Of a stretch of DNA of 64,000 nucleotides, positions 45,269-55,633 are shown one piece after another. A program made the translations under genes and the position numbers. The notes under the pieces were generated by a model. The model saw nothing but the letters and a program-made list of their open reading frames with translations, ran no database searches and was not told the DNA's origin. The stretch is from the human T2T-CHM13v2.0 reference genome, Homo sapiens. Each line of letters begins with the position of its first letter. The stretch's first letter is position 1. The DNA is taken from assembly GCF_009914755.1 (NCBI RefSeq), contig NC_060939.1; one strand, written 5' to 3'.

Positions 45269-46839
45269 AGTGAAGCATCGTCGTTACTTATAATAGGAAC
45301 GTCTCTGTAGTCACAATTTCATTCATCCTATTCTCTGAGCTCCTCCTTTAATCATTCCCTTTCATACGCTGACATAAAATTTTTCAATCTCTCTGAGACC
45401 TCCAAACTATTATTTTATCATATTCACAATGACCCTTACCTACTTGATGTACTCTATTTCCTGTTCTCCTGCCTAAATTCCATGGCCAACCATTCCCAGG
45501 AAACTTCAACTTCCTTGTTTCTCTTTCACTTTGCTGAATCTAACCAGGAAAATAACCCTGGTTAGATCCAAATTTCCACCAAATCCCCACATATATTTGA
45601 GCAACTAGCTATATGGATCAAATTGAAAAATATCCCACTTGAAAATGAGAATCTCAGTGCTGCCTATCAATCAATCATACTACATATGTTCCAATCTATT
45701 CATTCTCTAATTTACCTAGTTTTGTATCTTATCCTGTCTCTAATCCCTAACACTTGCCCAGAAATCCTCAATGTCTTTTTGGTTGTGCTTCCCTGAGAAC
45801 ATTGAATCATCCAAAGACAACTTCCACAGACTCCTGAAACCATTTAAACTCACTTTCCCATGTCTACACCCACATACTCTCCATTTTCACCTATTATTAT
45901 CTGTGAAATAACTGGCCCCTATCTGTATATTGTCTGATGATGATTTCTATATTACAGGTGAAGAAAATAAGAATAGGATTAGAGCTACTTTCTCATTATA
46001 GCATAGCTAAGAATCAAATCCACGCAGTCCACCACTGAAACTGGGGTTCCAAGTCAGTGTATTTGGAGAAGGAGAGCTAGTAGAAAAATAAGGATGAAAA
46101 GATCCAGGATGAAGCTTCTGATGGAAGAAAACGACATTTTTACTATTATGAACTCCTTGAAGTAGACCTTAAGCATTCTCATCTGGACAAATATCCATTC
46201 ATCCACTCCAGTGAGCTGATTAAGTTTTAGGATTTTAAGGGTCAGTGAACAATTATTCCTCATTCAGCAATTAATGAAGGATTAATATGAATATTATCTT
46301 GGAGAAGTTTAATTTAAAACACATTTGATTGATTTTTGGCAATTGTCTTCTATCAGATCATTACCAATCCATATGAGTTGGTAGGAAGGGAGAAAACCCA
46401 AAATTTAATCAGATGCCTGAAGTTAGGGAACATTTTATAACCAACCCAGGGGGAGAAAAATGCTCAAAAGGGGAAAGATGAGGACAGAAAATACATTTCA
46501 AAGATTTTAACTTTTTGACAAAATGTCATTTCTGTGCAAGAAAAACTGATTGTGTGAATATAACTGTCATTTACATCTGCCAATGTGTTCAGAAATATAT
46601 AACCTATAATTTTTTTAATAGTAGTTTGTTAAAACAAAATTTATTCATCAAAGTATCGAAAACATTCTAAAAATACTAAAAATTTTCAATTTAAATATTA
46701 AGCTAAACAGCTCTGTATATATAAATAAGCTCAAACAAACGTGCATGCTTCCCAACAATAACACTGCTACAGATATTGACTGGTGGTTTTGGTTTCATGT
46801 CATTTTATAATGGCAAATCTGGTTAAAACCCAGATTCTG

Positions 46840-47167
46840 GGCTGGGCACAGTGGCTCACGTCTGTGATCTCAGCACTTTGGGAGGCTGAGACAGGCAAAT
46901 CACAAGATCAACAGATCGGGACCATCCTGGCCAACATGGCGAAACCCCATCTCTACTAAAAAAAATACAAAAGTTAGCCGGGCATGGTGGCACGTGCCTG
47001 TAGTCCCAGATACTTGGGAGGCTGAGGCAGGAGAATCACTTGGACCTGGGAGGCAGAGGTTGCATGAGCCGAGACTGTGCCACTGTACTCCAGCCTGGTA
47101 ACAGAGAGAGACTCCATCTCAAAACAAAACAAAACAAAACAAAACAAAACAAAACAAAACAAAACAC
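46840..47167 (+). mobile_element. Alu (AluSc-like) with (AAAAC)n tail
   Basis: Full dimer with TSD cccagattctg at 46829 and 47168. Confidence 0.95.
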
Positions 47168-47205
47168 CCCAGATTCTGAACTGACTCTCACAATAAGGAT
47201 CTCAA

Positions 47206-49005
47206 TTGCTTCAAAGAGAATAAAACACCTAGAAATCCAACTTACAAGGGATGTGAAGGACCTCTTCAAGGAAAACTACAAACCACTGCTCAATGAAATA
47301 AGATACAAACAAATGTAAGAACCTTCCATGTTCATGGGTAGGAAGAATCAATATTGTGAAAATGGCCATACTGCCCAAGGTAATTTGTAGATTCAATGCC
47401 ATCCCCATCAAGCTACCAATGACTTTCTTCACAGAATTGGAAAAAACTACTTTAAAGTTCATATGGAACAAAAAAAAGAGCCTGCATTGCCAAGTCAATC
47501 CTAAGCCAAAAGAACAAAGCTGGAGGTACCACGCTGCCTGACTTCAAACTATACTACAAGATTACAGTGACCAAAACAGCATGGTTCTGGTACCAAAAGA
47601 GAGATAGAGGCCAATGGAACAGAACAGAGCCCTCAGAAATAATGCCACATGTCTACAACTATCTGATATTTGACAAACCTGACAGAAACAAGAATTAGGG
47701 AAAGGATTCCCTATTTAATAAACGGCGCTGGGAAAACTGGCTAGCCATGTGTAGAAAGCTGAAACTGGATCCCTTCCTTACACCTTATACAAAAATTAAT
47801 TCAAGATGGATTAAAGACTTACATGTTAGACCTAAAACCATAAAAACCTTGGAAAAAAACTAGGCAATACCATTCAGGACATAGGCATGGACAGGGACTT
47901 CATGTCTAAAACACCAAAAGCAATGGCAACAAAAGACAAAATTGACAAATGGGATCTAATTAAACTAAAGAGCTTCTGCACAGCAAAAGAAAGCACCATC
48001 AGAGTGAACAGGCAACCTACAGAATGGGAGAAAAGTTTTGCAATCTAGTCATCTGACAAAGGACAAATATCCAGAATCTACAATGAACTCCAACAAATTT
48101 ACAAGAAAAAAGCAACCCTATCAAAAAGTGGGCGAAGGATATGAACAGACACTTCTCAAAAGAAGACATTTATGCAGCCAAAAAACACATGAAAAAATGC
48201 TCATCATCACTGCCCATCAGAGAAATGCAAATCAAAACCACAATGAGATACCATCTCACACCAGTTAGAATGGCGATCATTAAAAAGTCAGGAAACAACA
48301 GGTGCTGGAGAGGATGTGGAGAAATAGGAACACTTTTACACTGTTGATGGTAGTGTAAACTAGTTCAAACATTGTGGAAGTCGGTGTGGTGATTCCTCAG
48401 GGATCTAGAAGTAGAAATACCATTTGATCCAGCCATCCCATTACTGGGTATATACCCAAAGGATTATAAATCATGCTGCTCTAAAGACACATGCACACGT
48501 ATGTTTATTGTGGCACTATTCACAATAGCAAAGACTTGGAACCAACCCAAATGTCCAACAATGATAGACTGGATTGAGAAAACGTGGCACACATACACCA
48601 TGGAATCCTATGCAGCCATAAAACATGATGAGTTCATGTCCTTTGTAGGGACATGGATGAAGCTGGAAACCATCATTCTCAGCAAACTATCACAAGGACA
48701 AAAAATCAAACACCACATGTTCTCACTCATAGGTGGGAATTGAACAATGAGAACACATGGACACAGGAAGGGTAACATCACACACTGGGGACTGTTGTGG
48801 GGTGGGGGATGGGGGGAGGGATAGCATTAGAAGATATACCTAATGTTAAATGACGAGTTAATGGTTGCAGCACGACAGCATGGCACATGTATACATATGT
48901 AACAAACGTGCACGTTCTGCACATGTACCCTAAAACTTAATGTATAATAATAATAATTTAAAAAAAATGAAAACATATGTCCACACACACACAAAAAAAG
49001 AAAAA
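47206..49005 (+). mobile_element. 5'-truncated L1PA3/4-like element (1.8 kb) with a short 3' transduction
   Basis: ORF2 C-terminal fragments ([20 protein letters not shown]) and 3'UTR, with a 14-bp TSD aataaggatctcaa at 47192 and 49006. Confidence 0.95.
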
Positions 49006-50640
49006 AATAAGGATCTCAAAGAGGTCAATATGTATATAATCTATTCTTAAAGAAAAATTTTCTCCAATTGTTTATTGAAATATCACACAGGCTCTGACTT
49101 TGTTTATACCCTTAAAAATTATGTAGATTCATGTGTAACTTTTGTAAAGTGAAAGCTCAGAATGTCTACTCTGTTCTGGTACCACTTTAGTTCAATTGTT
49201 GGGAAATATTTAATAAAAATGAATTACTCAACAAATGGAAAATTTGAACTTTGCATACTAAATTTTTACTTCATATTATCAACTCTTGAAAAATAAGTGT
49301 GTATATTAGAAATGACACTCATTTGACTATACCATAATATATTTCAGACATTTTATCTTCAGCTACAGAATTTCTCCATCCTTTGAATTATGTTAGAGGG
49401 CTTTAGTTGGCCAGTATTGGTGATTCGCCTCCACTAATTCACAACTCTATTATCTTACCCCCGGGGATGCATTTCCATAGTTCTGCCTTGTTATCAGTGT
49501 CATTTTTTTCTTCTGTTTTGTTGACTGCCATTCAAATAGTTTTGGCTTTATCAGAGATTTTCACTTTATTGTGTGTCACCCCCTCATTTTTTTAGCTTCT
49601 CATAATTTACTGTATTATATCTGCCTGGGCTTTTGGTTCCTTTACAGATTTGTTTCACTTTATTTTTAGCTTATGATACTTCTAAAGTCTGTACCCTTTT
49701 AATTTTCACTTGCTTCATCGTCACATTCTTGTGTTTTGTTTTCATTTCAAAATACCAGAAAGTAGGATGTCTCAGCATCTTGGTGAGTGGAATAGTTTAT
49801 TTATAATCCAAAAAAAACCCCCATACTTTTTGTGAGCTATCTGCTTCTAAGTAAAAATTTTATATATAAATTCTTGAAAAAAAGTCTTAAACTTCTGAGG
49901 GATTGAATGAGATTTTAAAAATCATTCTATACAACAATGGGTGCAAAATTTGTATTCCTCTACTCAAGAGAAATCATGAACATTTGTTATTAGTTTACTA
50001 ACATCTAAATGTTAATGTATTCAATTATATATTATTAAAACACGATTAAGCTTAAAAGGTGGAAAAGTATAAAACAAACAAGTGTATAATCTACCTTTAT
50101 TAATATGAAACATCTTTTTCTCTCCTGAAAATAAAGATTAACCAGGGGTGTGCTGGGGCGGGAGGGGGTGTGTTGGAGGGAGAAAAGCCATGATTTGCCA
50201 ATTTCAGCACAAAACTGAAAATGGTTATTAATCTTTACTAGCTACAGATATCTTTTAACATATATTGAAATCTATGACCCTTAAAAAGAAAACATATATA
50301 CAGATTTTGACAAAACTTTGCAGTTCCACTCATGGATCCTTGTATAAGAATCCCTTTTATATGTGTGTTTGCAATTTAAAGAGTTCAGACTTTATGATTC
50401 ACAGGTGATAATTAATGATTTAAAATCATCACTTAGGCTTTTATAATTTGGGAGTCAGGTGTTTAACTGCTGTAGTAGTAACTGCTTCTTCTCAGAGAAA
50501 CTTAGGAGCTAAGACCGGGGAAATGTCCCTTGGTGTGCAACACACCTCTTCTTTCTGAACATATCGTATAAGAAGCTAACTTTTTCTCAAAGTTTATATG
50601 ACTTTTGCATTTGCAGTTACTAGCTATTTTCTTTTGGAAC

Positions 50641-51338
50641 TGTTGGACTTGGAGAACTTTCCCTCTACCCTCTGAAGGTATGATAACTGAGTCTATTGAA
50701 TAAATGGATAACAGGCATGTCAAAAGAAGAAAATGTGTACACATTTATTACACGCATGGGGGAATCACAGGAAAGAAAAGTGGAATCAAAAACAAAACAA
50801 ACAAAACACCATCAAGAAAAAACCCCAGGGAGATTTAGGAGCTTATAGGGAAGGCAGGAGGAAGAATGTAGGAAACTGAGGGGAGAGCAAATGACTTTTG
50901 GGAAAGATGACCAGACCCTTAGGAGAATAGATGATAGTTTGTGGCAGTCTGTCTTAGTGTGGTATGGACCCTTAGTCTTGTCTCCTGTGATATGAGGAGT
51001 CAATTTTCCCTGGCTGATGAAACTTCTAGAAAGGAGATGAATGTCTTTTTGCAGACAAGACAGTATCTTGAAGTTTTGATTTCCAATTCAGTTCTAAATC
51101 TGCAGTGTATAAAAATCTCCTCATCATGCTTTGGATGCTATGGTAGATAAATGGTATCTTTACAAAGATACATTCATTCTGGTATTGAAAGTTACTTTTG
51201 GAGGATCTCTCTTGAGGAACGTAAAGGGAGTGCAGAGAAAGCATGTCCCGTATTTGTTGTTTTTCAAAGATTTTCAGTTCGATGTAATCAGTACACCAAA
51301 GCAATCCATTTAGGACTGACATTTCCTGAACACCTTCA
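50641..51338 (-). mobile_element. MER34-like ERV1 solo LTR with an inserted 142-bp local copy
   Basis: Minus strand starts TGAAGGTGTTCAGGAAATGTCAGTCCTAAATGGATTGCTTTGGTGTACTGATTAC and ends ...CCAACA. Confidence 0.55.
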
Positions 51339-51932
51339 GAACTCTTTTTATCCCATGTTATTTCTATGAGATCACGTGATTTAAGAACAACTTTTACTTG
51401 CCACTTACATATATATTGAAAAGGCAAACTTTCCTTTCATAGTTTGCTAATTTTGCCAAAGTACTTTAACAAAAGTTAAATTAAATGAGTAAGTGAAATT
51501 TTCTGTTCTATTGTTTTGAAAACAATTCTAGAGACTGTCCTTGTAAGAACAGCAAAAAGAGAAAAAGATAATTCTCAACTGCTGCTTCAACCATTCTTTG
51601 CTTAACAATGAGTTAATTAAAAGGCAAAACTCTCTATTTCAGGTTTATTGTGTCAATTGCTTGATTAGAAAGTAAATTATTTACCACATATAATCTGGTT
51701 TCAAAAAACTTATAAAATTACTTTGATTTTATTGCTTATAAGTTTGTGAATTTAAATGTCAACTGACAGTGATGAATTTATTTGCTTTGTGCTGACAAGA
51801 CAGTATCTTGAAGTTTTGTTTTCCAACTCAGTTCTAAATCTGCAGTGTATCAAAATCTCCTCATTATGCTTTGGATGTTATGGTACATAAATGGTTTCTT
51901 CACAAAGATACATTCATTCTGGTACTGAAAGT
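51050..51932 (+). repeat. Direct repeat pair of ~142 bp (51050-51192 and 51790-51932), offset 740 bp
   Basis: gacaagacagtatcttgaagttttg...caaagatacattcattctggta(t/c)tgaaagt. About 10 mismatches and no indels by eye. Confidence 0.95.
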
Positions 51933-52250
51933 GCCTACTTAAAATTCTGCATGAACAGTTTTATTGAAAAAATATGTAGACAAGCCATTAATTATACACA
52001 GTGATTTGGAACAAATTCTTACAAGAAGCATAGCATGTCTTCCATTAACTGTATACAATTTATAAAAAGTTACTGAAAGTCTTCCTGAAGTTAAACAATA
52101 AATCTTTTAAATTTAACCACTGTGCTCCCTCAAAGGTAATTTTTTGTTTATGACACTCACTTAGGGGACACAGTCAGATCTCAGCCTACTTTAAACAACT
52201 AGGCAGTATTTTTAGTGCACTTTTCTGTTTGTTAAAAAGCTAGTTGTCAA

Positions 52251-52357
52251 AGTTGGCACCAGAGTTGGGGAGTTTTAAGAGGTTTAGAAGCCTAGCCATG
52301 AATACCCACAACAGTTACGGAGGCAAAGGAAATAGGCCTTTGAAAAGAAGGTAATGT
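52251..52357 (-). mobile_element. HERV-H protease-region fragment, 5'-transduced by the SVA
   Basis: Minus strand reads TLPSFQRPISFASVTVVGIHG*ASKPLKTPQLWCQL, matching recalled HERV-H pro. It lies inside the SVA TSDs. Confidence 0.75.
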
Positions 52358-53995
52358 CCTCTCCCTCTCCCTCTCCCTCTCCCCATGGTCTCCCTCTCCC
52401 TTTCTTTCCACGGTCTCCCTCTCCCTCTCTTTCCACGGTCTCCCTCTGATGCCCAGCCGAAGCTGGACTGTACTGCTGCCATCTTGGCTCACTGCAACCT
52501 CCCTGCCTGATTCTCCTGCCTCAGCCTGCCTAGTGCCTGCAATTGCAGGCGTGCGCCACCACGCCTGATTGGTTTTCGTATTTTTTTGGTGGAGACGGGG
52601 TTTCACTGTGTTGGCCAGGCTGGTCTCCAGCTCCTAACCGCGAGTGATCCTCCAGCCTCGGCCTCCCGAGGTGCCGGGATTGCAGACAGAGTCTCGTTCA
52701 CTCAGTGCTCAATGGTGCCCAGGCTGGAGTGCAGTGACGTGATCTCTGCTCGCTACAACCTCCACCTCCCAGCAGCCTGCCTTGGCCTCCCAAAGTGCCG
52801 AGATTGCAGCCTCTGCCCGGCCGCCACCCCGTCTGGGAAGTGAGGAGCGTCTGCCTGGCCGCCCATCGTCTGGGATGTGAGGAACCCCTCTGCCTGGCTG
52901 CCCAGTCTGGAAAGTGAGGAGCGTCTCTGCCCGGCCGCCATCCCATCTAGGAAGTGAGGAGCGCCTCTTCCCGGCTGCCATCCCATCTAGGAAGTGAGGA
53001 GTGTCTCTGCCCGGCCACCCATAGTCTGAGATTTGGGGAGCTCCTCTGCCCTGCCACCCCATCTGGGATGTGAGGAGCCCCTCTGCCTGGCTGCCCATCG
53101 TCTGAGATGTGGGGAACATCTCTGCCCAGCCGCGACCCCCTCTGGGAGGTGAGGAGCGTCTCTGCCCGGCCGCCCCATCTGAGAAGTGAGGAGCGTCTCC
53201 GCTAGGCAGCCACCCCGTCCGGGAGGGAGGTGGGGGTCAGCACACGCCAGGCCAGCCACCCCGTCCGGGAGGGAGGTGGGGGGTCAGCCCCTGCCCGGCC
53301 AGCCGCCCCATCCGGGAGGGAAGTGGGGGTCAGCCCCCACCCGGCCAGCCGCCCCATCCGGGAGGGAGGTGGGGGGTCAGCCCCCGCCCGTCCAGCCGCC
53401 CCGTCCATTAGGTGAGGGGCGCCTCTGCCCGGCCGCCCCTACTGGGAAGTGAGGAGCCCCTCTGCCCGGCCACCACCCCATCTGGGAGGTGTACCCAACA
53501 GCTCATTGAGAACAGGCCATCATGACAATGGCGGTTTTGTGGAATAGAAAAGGGGGAAAGGTGGGGAAAAGATTGAGAAATTGGATGGTTGCTGTGTCTG
53601 TGTAGAAAGAAGTAGACATGGGAGAATTTTCATTTTGTTCTGTAATAAGAAAAATTCTTCTGCCTTGTGATCCTGTTGATCTATGACCTTACCCCCAACC
53701 CTGTGCTCTCTGAAACATGTGCTGTGTCCACTCAGGGTTAAATGGATTAAGAGCGGTGCAAGATGTGCTTTGTTAAACAGATGCTTGAAGGCAGCATGCT
53801 CGTTAAGAGTCATCACCACTCCCTAATCTCAAGTACCCAGGGACACAAACACTGCGGAAGGCCGCAGGGTCCTCTGCCTAGGAAAACCAGAGACCTTTGT
53901 TCACTTGTTTATCTGCTGACCTTCCCTCCACTATTGTCCTATGACCCTGCCAAATCCCCCTCTGCGAGAAACACCCAAGAATGATCAATTAAAAA
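52358..53995 (+). mobile_element. Full-length SVA (C/D-like)
   Basis: (CCCTCT)n hexamer, antisense Alu-like domain, GC-rich VNTR (~52810-53490), SINE-R (gtacccaacagctcattgagaac...acacccaagaatgatcaa) and poly(A). 17-bp TSD aaaaagctagttgtcaa at 52234 and 53996. Confidence 0.97.
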
Positions 53996-55044
53996 AAAAA
54001 GCTAGTTGTCAAGAATAAGTTGCTCAAATATCTTCCTCAATTACTTTTTATTTTGTTTTGTAATTATTATTCTATTTTGGTTTTCCTTTAGAATTGTGAA
54101 ATATCTTGAATCAGAAATTGCAGAGAATATATAAATGTGTAAGAATACACTCTGCAATCAAACTAGATCTCGAAAGTGTTTTGTTGTAGATTATACCTTG
54201 AATTCGAAGGCCATTCTATACAAGGCACTTGAAAAATTTTCAAGCTCATATATTTCATAATAGTACAGAATTTATTGTTCTTTTATTTGCAAGGAGATAG
54301 ACCAGATAAAATATCACTTTATTTTTTACAGTGTTGACTTTGATATTCTAAACTTGTCAGTTTATACAGATTAATGAAGACTCCGTACATGTAAAATTCA
54401 CTATAATTTTTTTTCTGGTATGAGAATATAAAGAAATAGTAACTACATAACCAAACAGGTAAAGTAAAAATATACAATAGCTTGACAAAAAAAAAAAGAA
54501 GAAGGAAAAAGAAACTCCTATACATTCCTTAACATTCTAAATCTCTGAGGACCAAATTGGATTCAAAAGAAACATTTCTGGTGGGCAGGGAAAGGGCTAA
54601 AAATCTAAAGTATATAATAAGTAAATTCCTCATTGCTATAAAATATATGACCAGCATGACATTTCAATACATGTTCAAGTTTTCTGAAGAAAGTTCTAGG
54701 ATAATAGGATTTCAACTTTTGATTCTACAGATATCATTCTTGTGATTGGTATGGGAGAATCATCCTCTCCATGTATTAGTGGATTCAAATGAAAAAAAAT
54801 CAGGCAGCTAGTTCCTTTCCAAGAAGCCTTAGAGATTGTTGTACATAAAAATAGCCATATTTCTGATTCAAATTTTAATTAGAGAACTCTCTTTATTCCC
54901 TCTTCAGCATAAAATTATGCACTGGCACTCTGCTCTGCAGACAAGTAAAACTTCTTACCTGCTATAATTTGAGATACCCAAGACTCAGAACATATTATCT
55001 CCTATCTGAAAGTCCCAAAAATCTTCTCAGGACAAAAAAAACAA

Positions 55045-55290
55045 AAAGTTAAATACACAGAGATAGAGTATAAAACAGTGGTTACCAGGGGCTGGGGGTG
55101 AGAAGAGAAAATGGAGATAGAGAATTCAAAGGATGCAAAGTTGCAGATATGTAGAATTAACAAGTTGAGGGATCTAATGTACAACATGAGGACTGTAGGT
55201 ATTAATATTTATTGTATATGGCATTTAACTAAAAGGGTAGTTTTTAGGTACGCTTTCCTCACACACATATCCAAAAGAAAGGTAACTGAG
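55045..55290 (+). mobile_element. L1M 3' UTR fragment
   Basis: aacagtggttaccaggggctgg...gatctaatgtacaacatgaggact...aaaggtaact. Confidence 0.7.
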
Positions 55291-55291
55291 A

Positions 55292-55633
55292 TTTTCAAAG
55301 GGAATGTTTCCAGGTTTTGCCCATTCAGTATGATATTGGCTATGGGTTTGACATAAATAGCTCTTATTTTGAGATACGTCCCATCAATATCTAACTTATT
55401 GAGAGTTTTTAGCATGAAGGTTGTTGAATATTGTCAAAGGGCTTTTCTGCATCTATTGAGATAATCATGTGGTTTTTTATGTTGGTTCTGTTTATATAAT
55501 GGATTATGTGTATTGATTTGTGTATGTTGATCCAGCCTTGCATCCCAGGGATGCAGCACATTTGATCATGGTAGATAAGCTTTTTGATTTGCTGCTGGAT
55601 TCGGTTTGGTAGTATTTTATTGAGGATTTTGCA
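55292..55633 (-). mobile_element. Internal L1PA ORF2 (RT) fragment abutting the satellite
   Basis: Translates to [23 protein letters not shown]...[18 protein letters not shown]. Homologous to 32878-33223 of the full-length L1. Confidence 0.9.

Noticed and set aside
52292-53984. Cluster of GC-rich ORFs and a CpG-island-like region
   Set aside because: Fully explained by the SVA Alu-like, VNTR and SINE-R domains.
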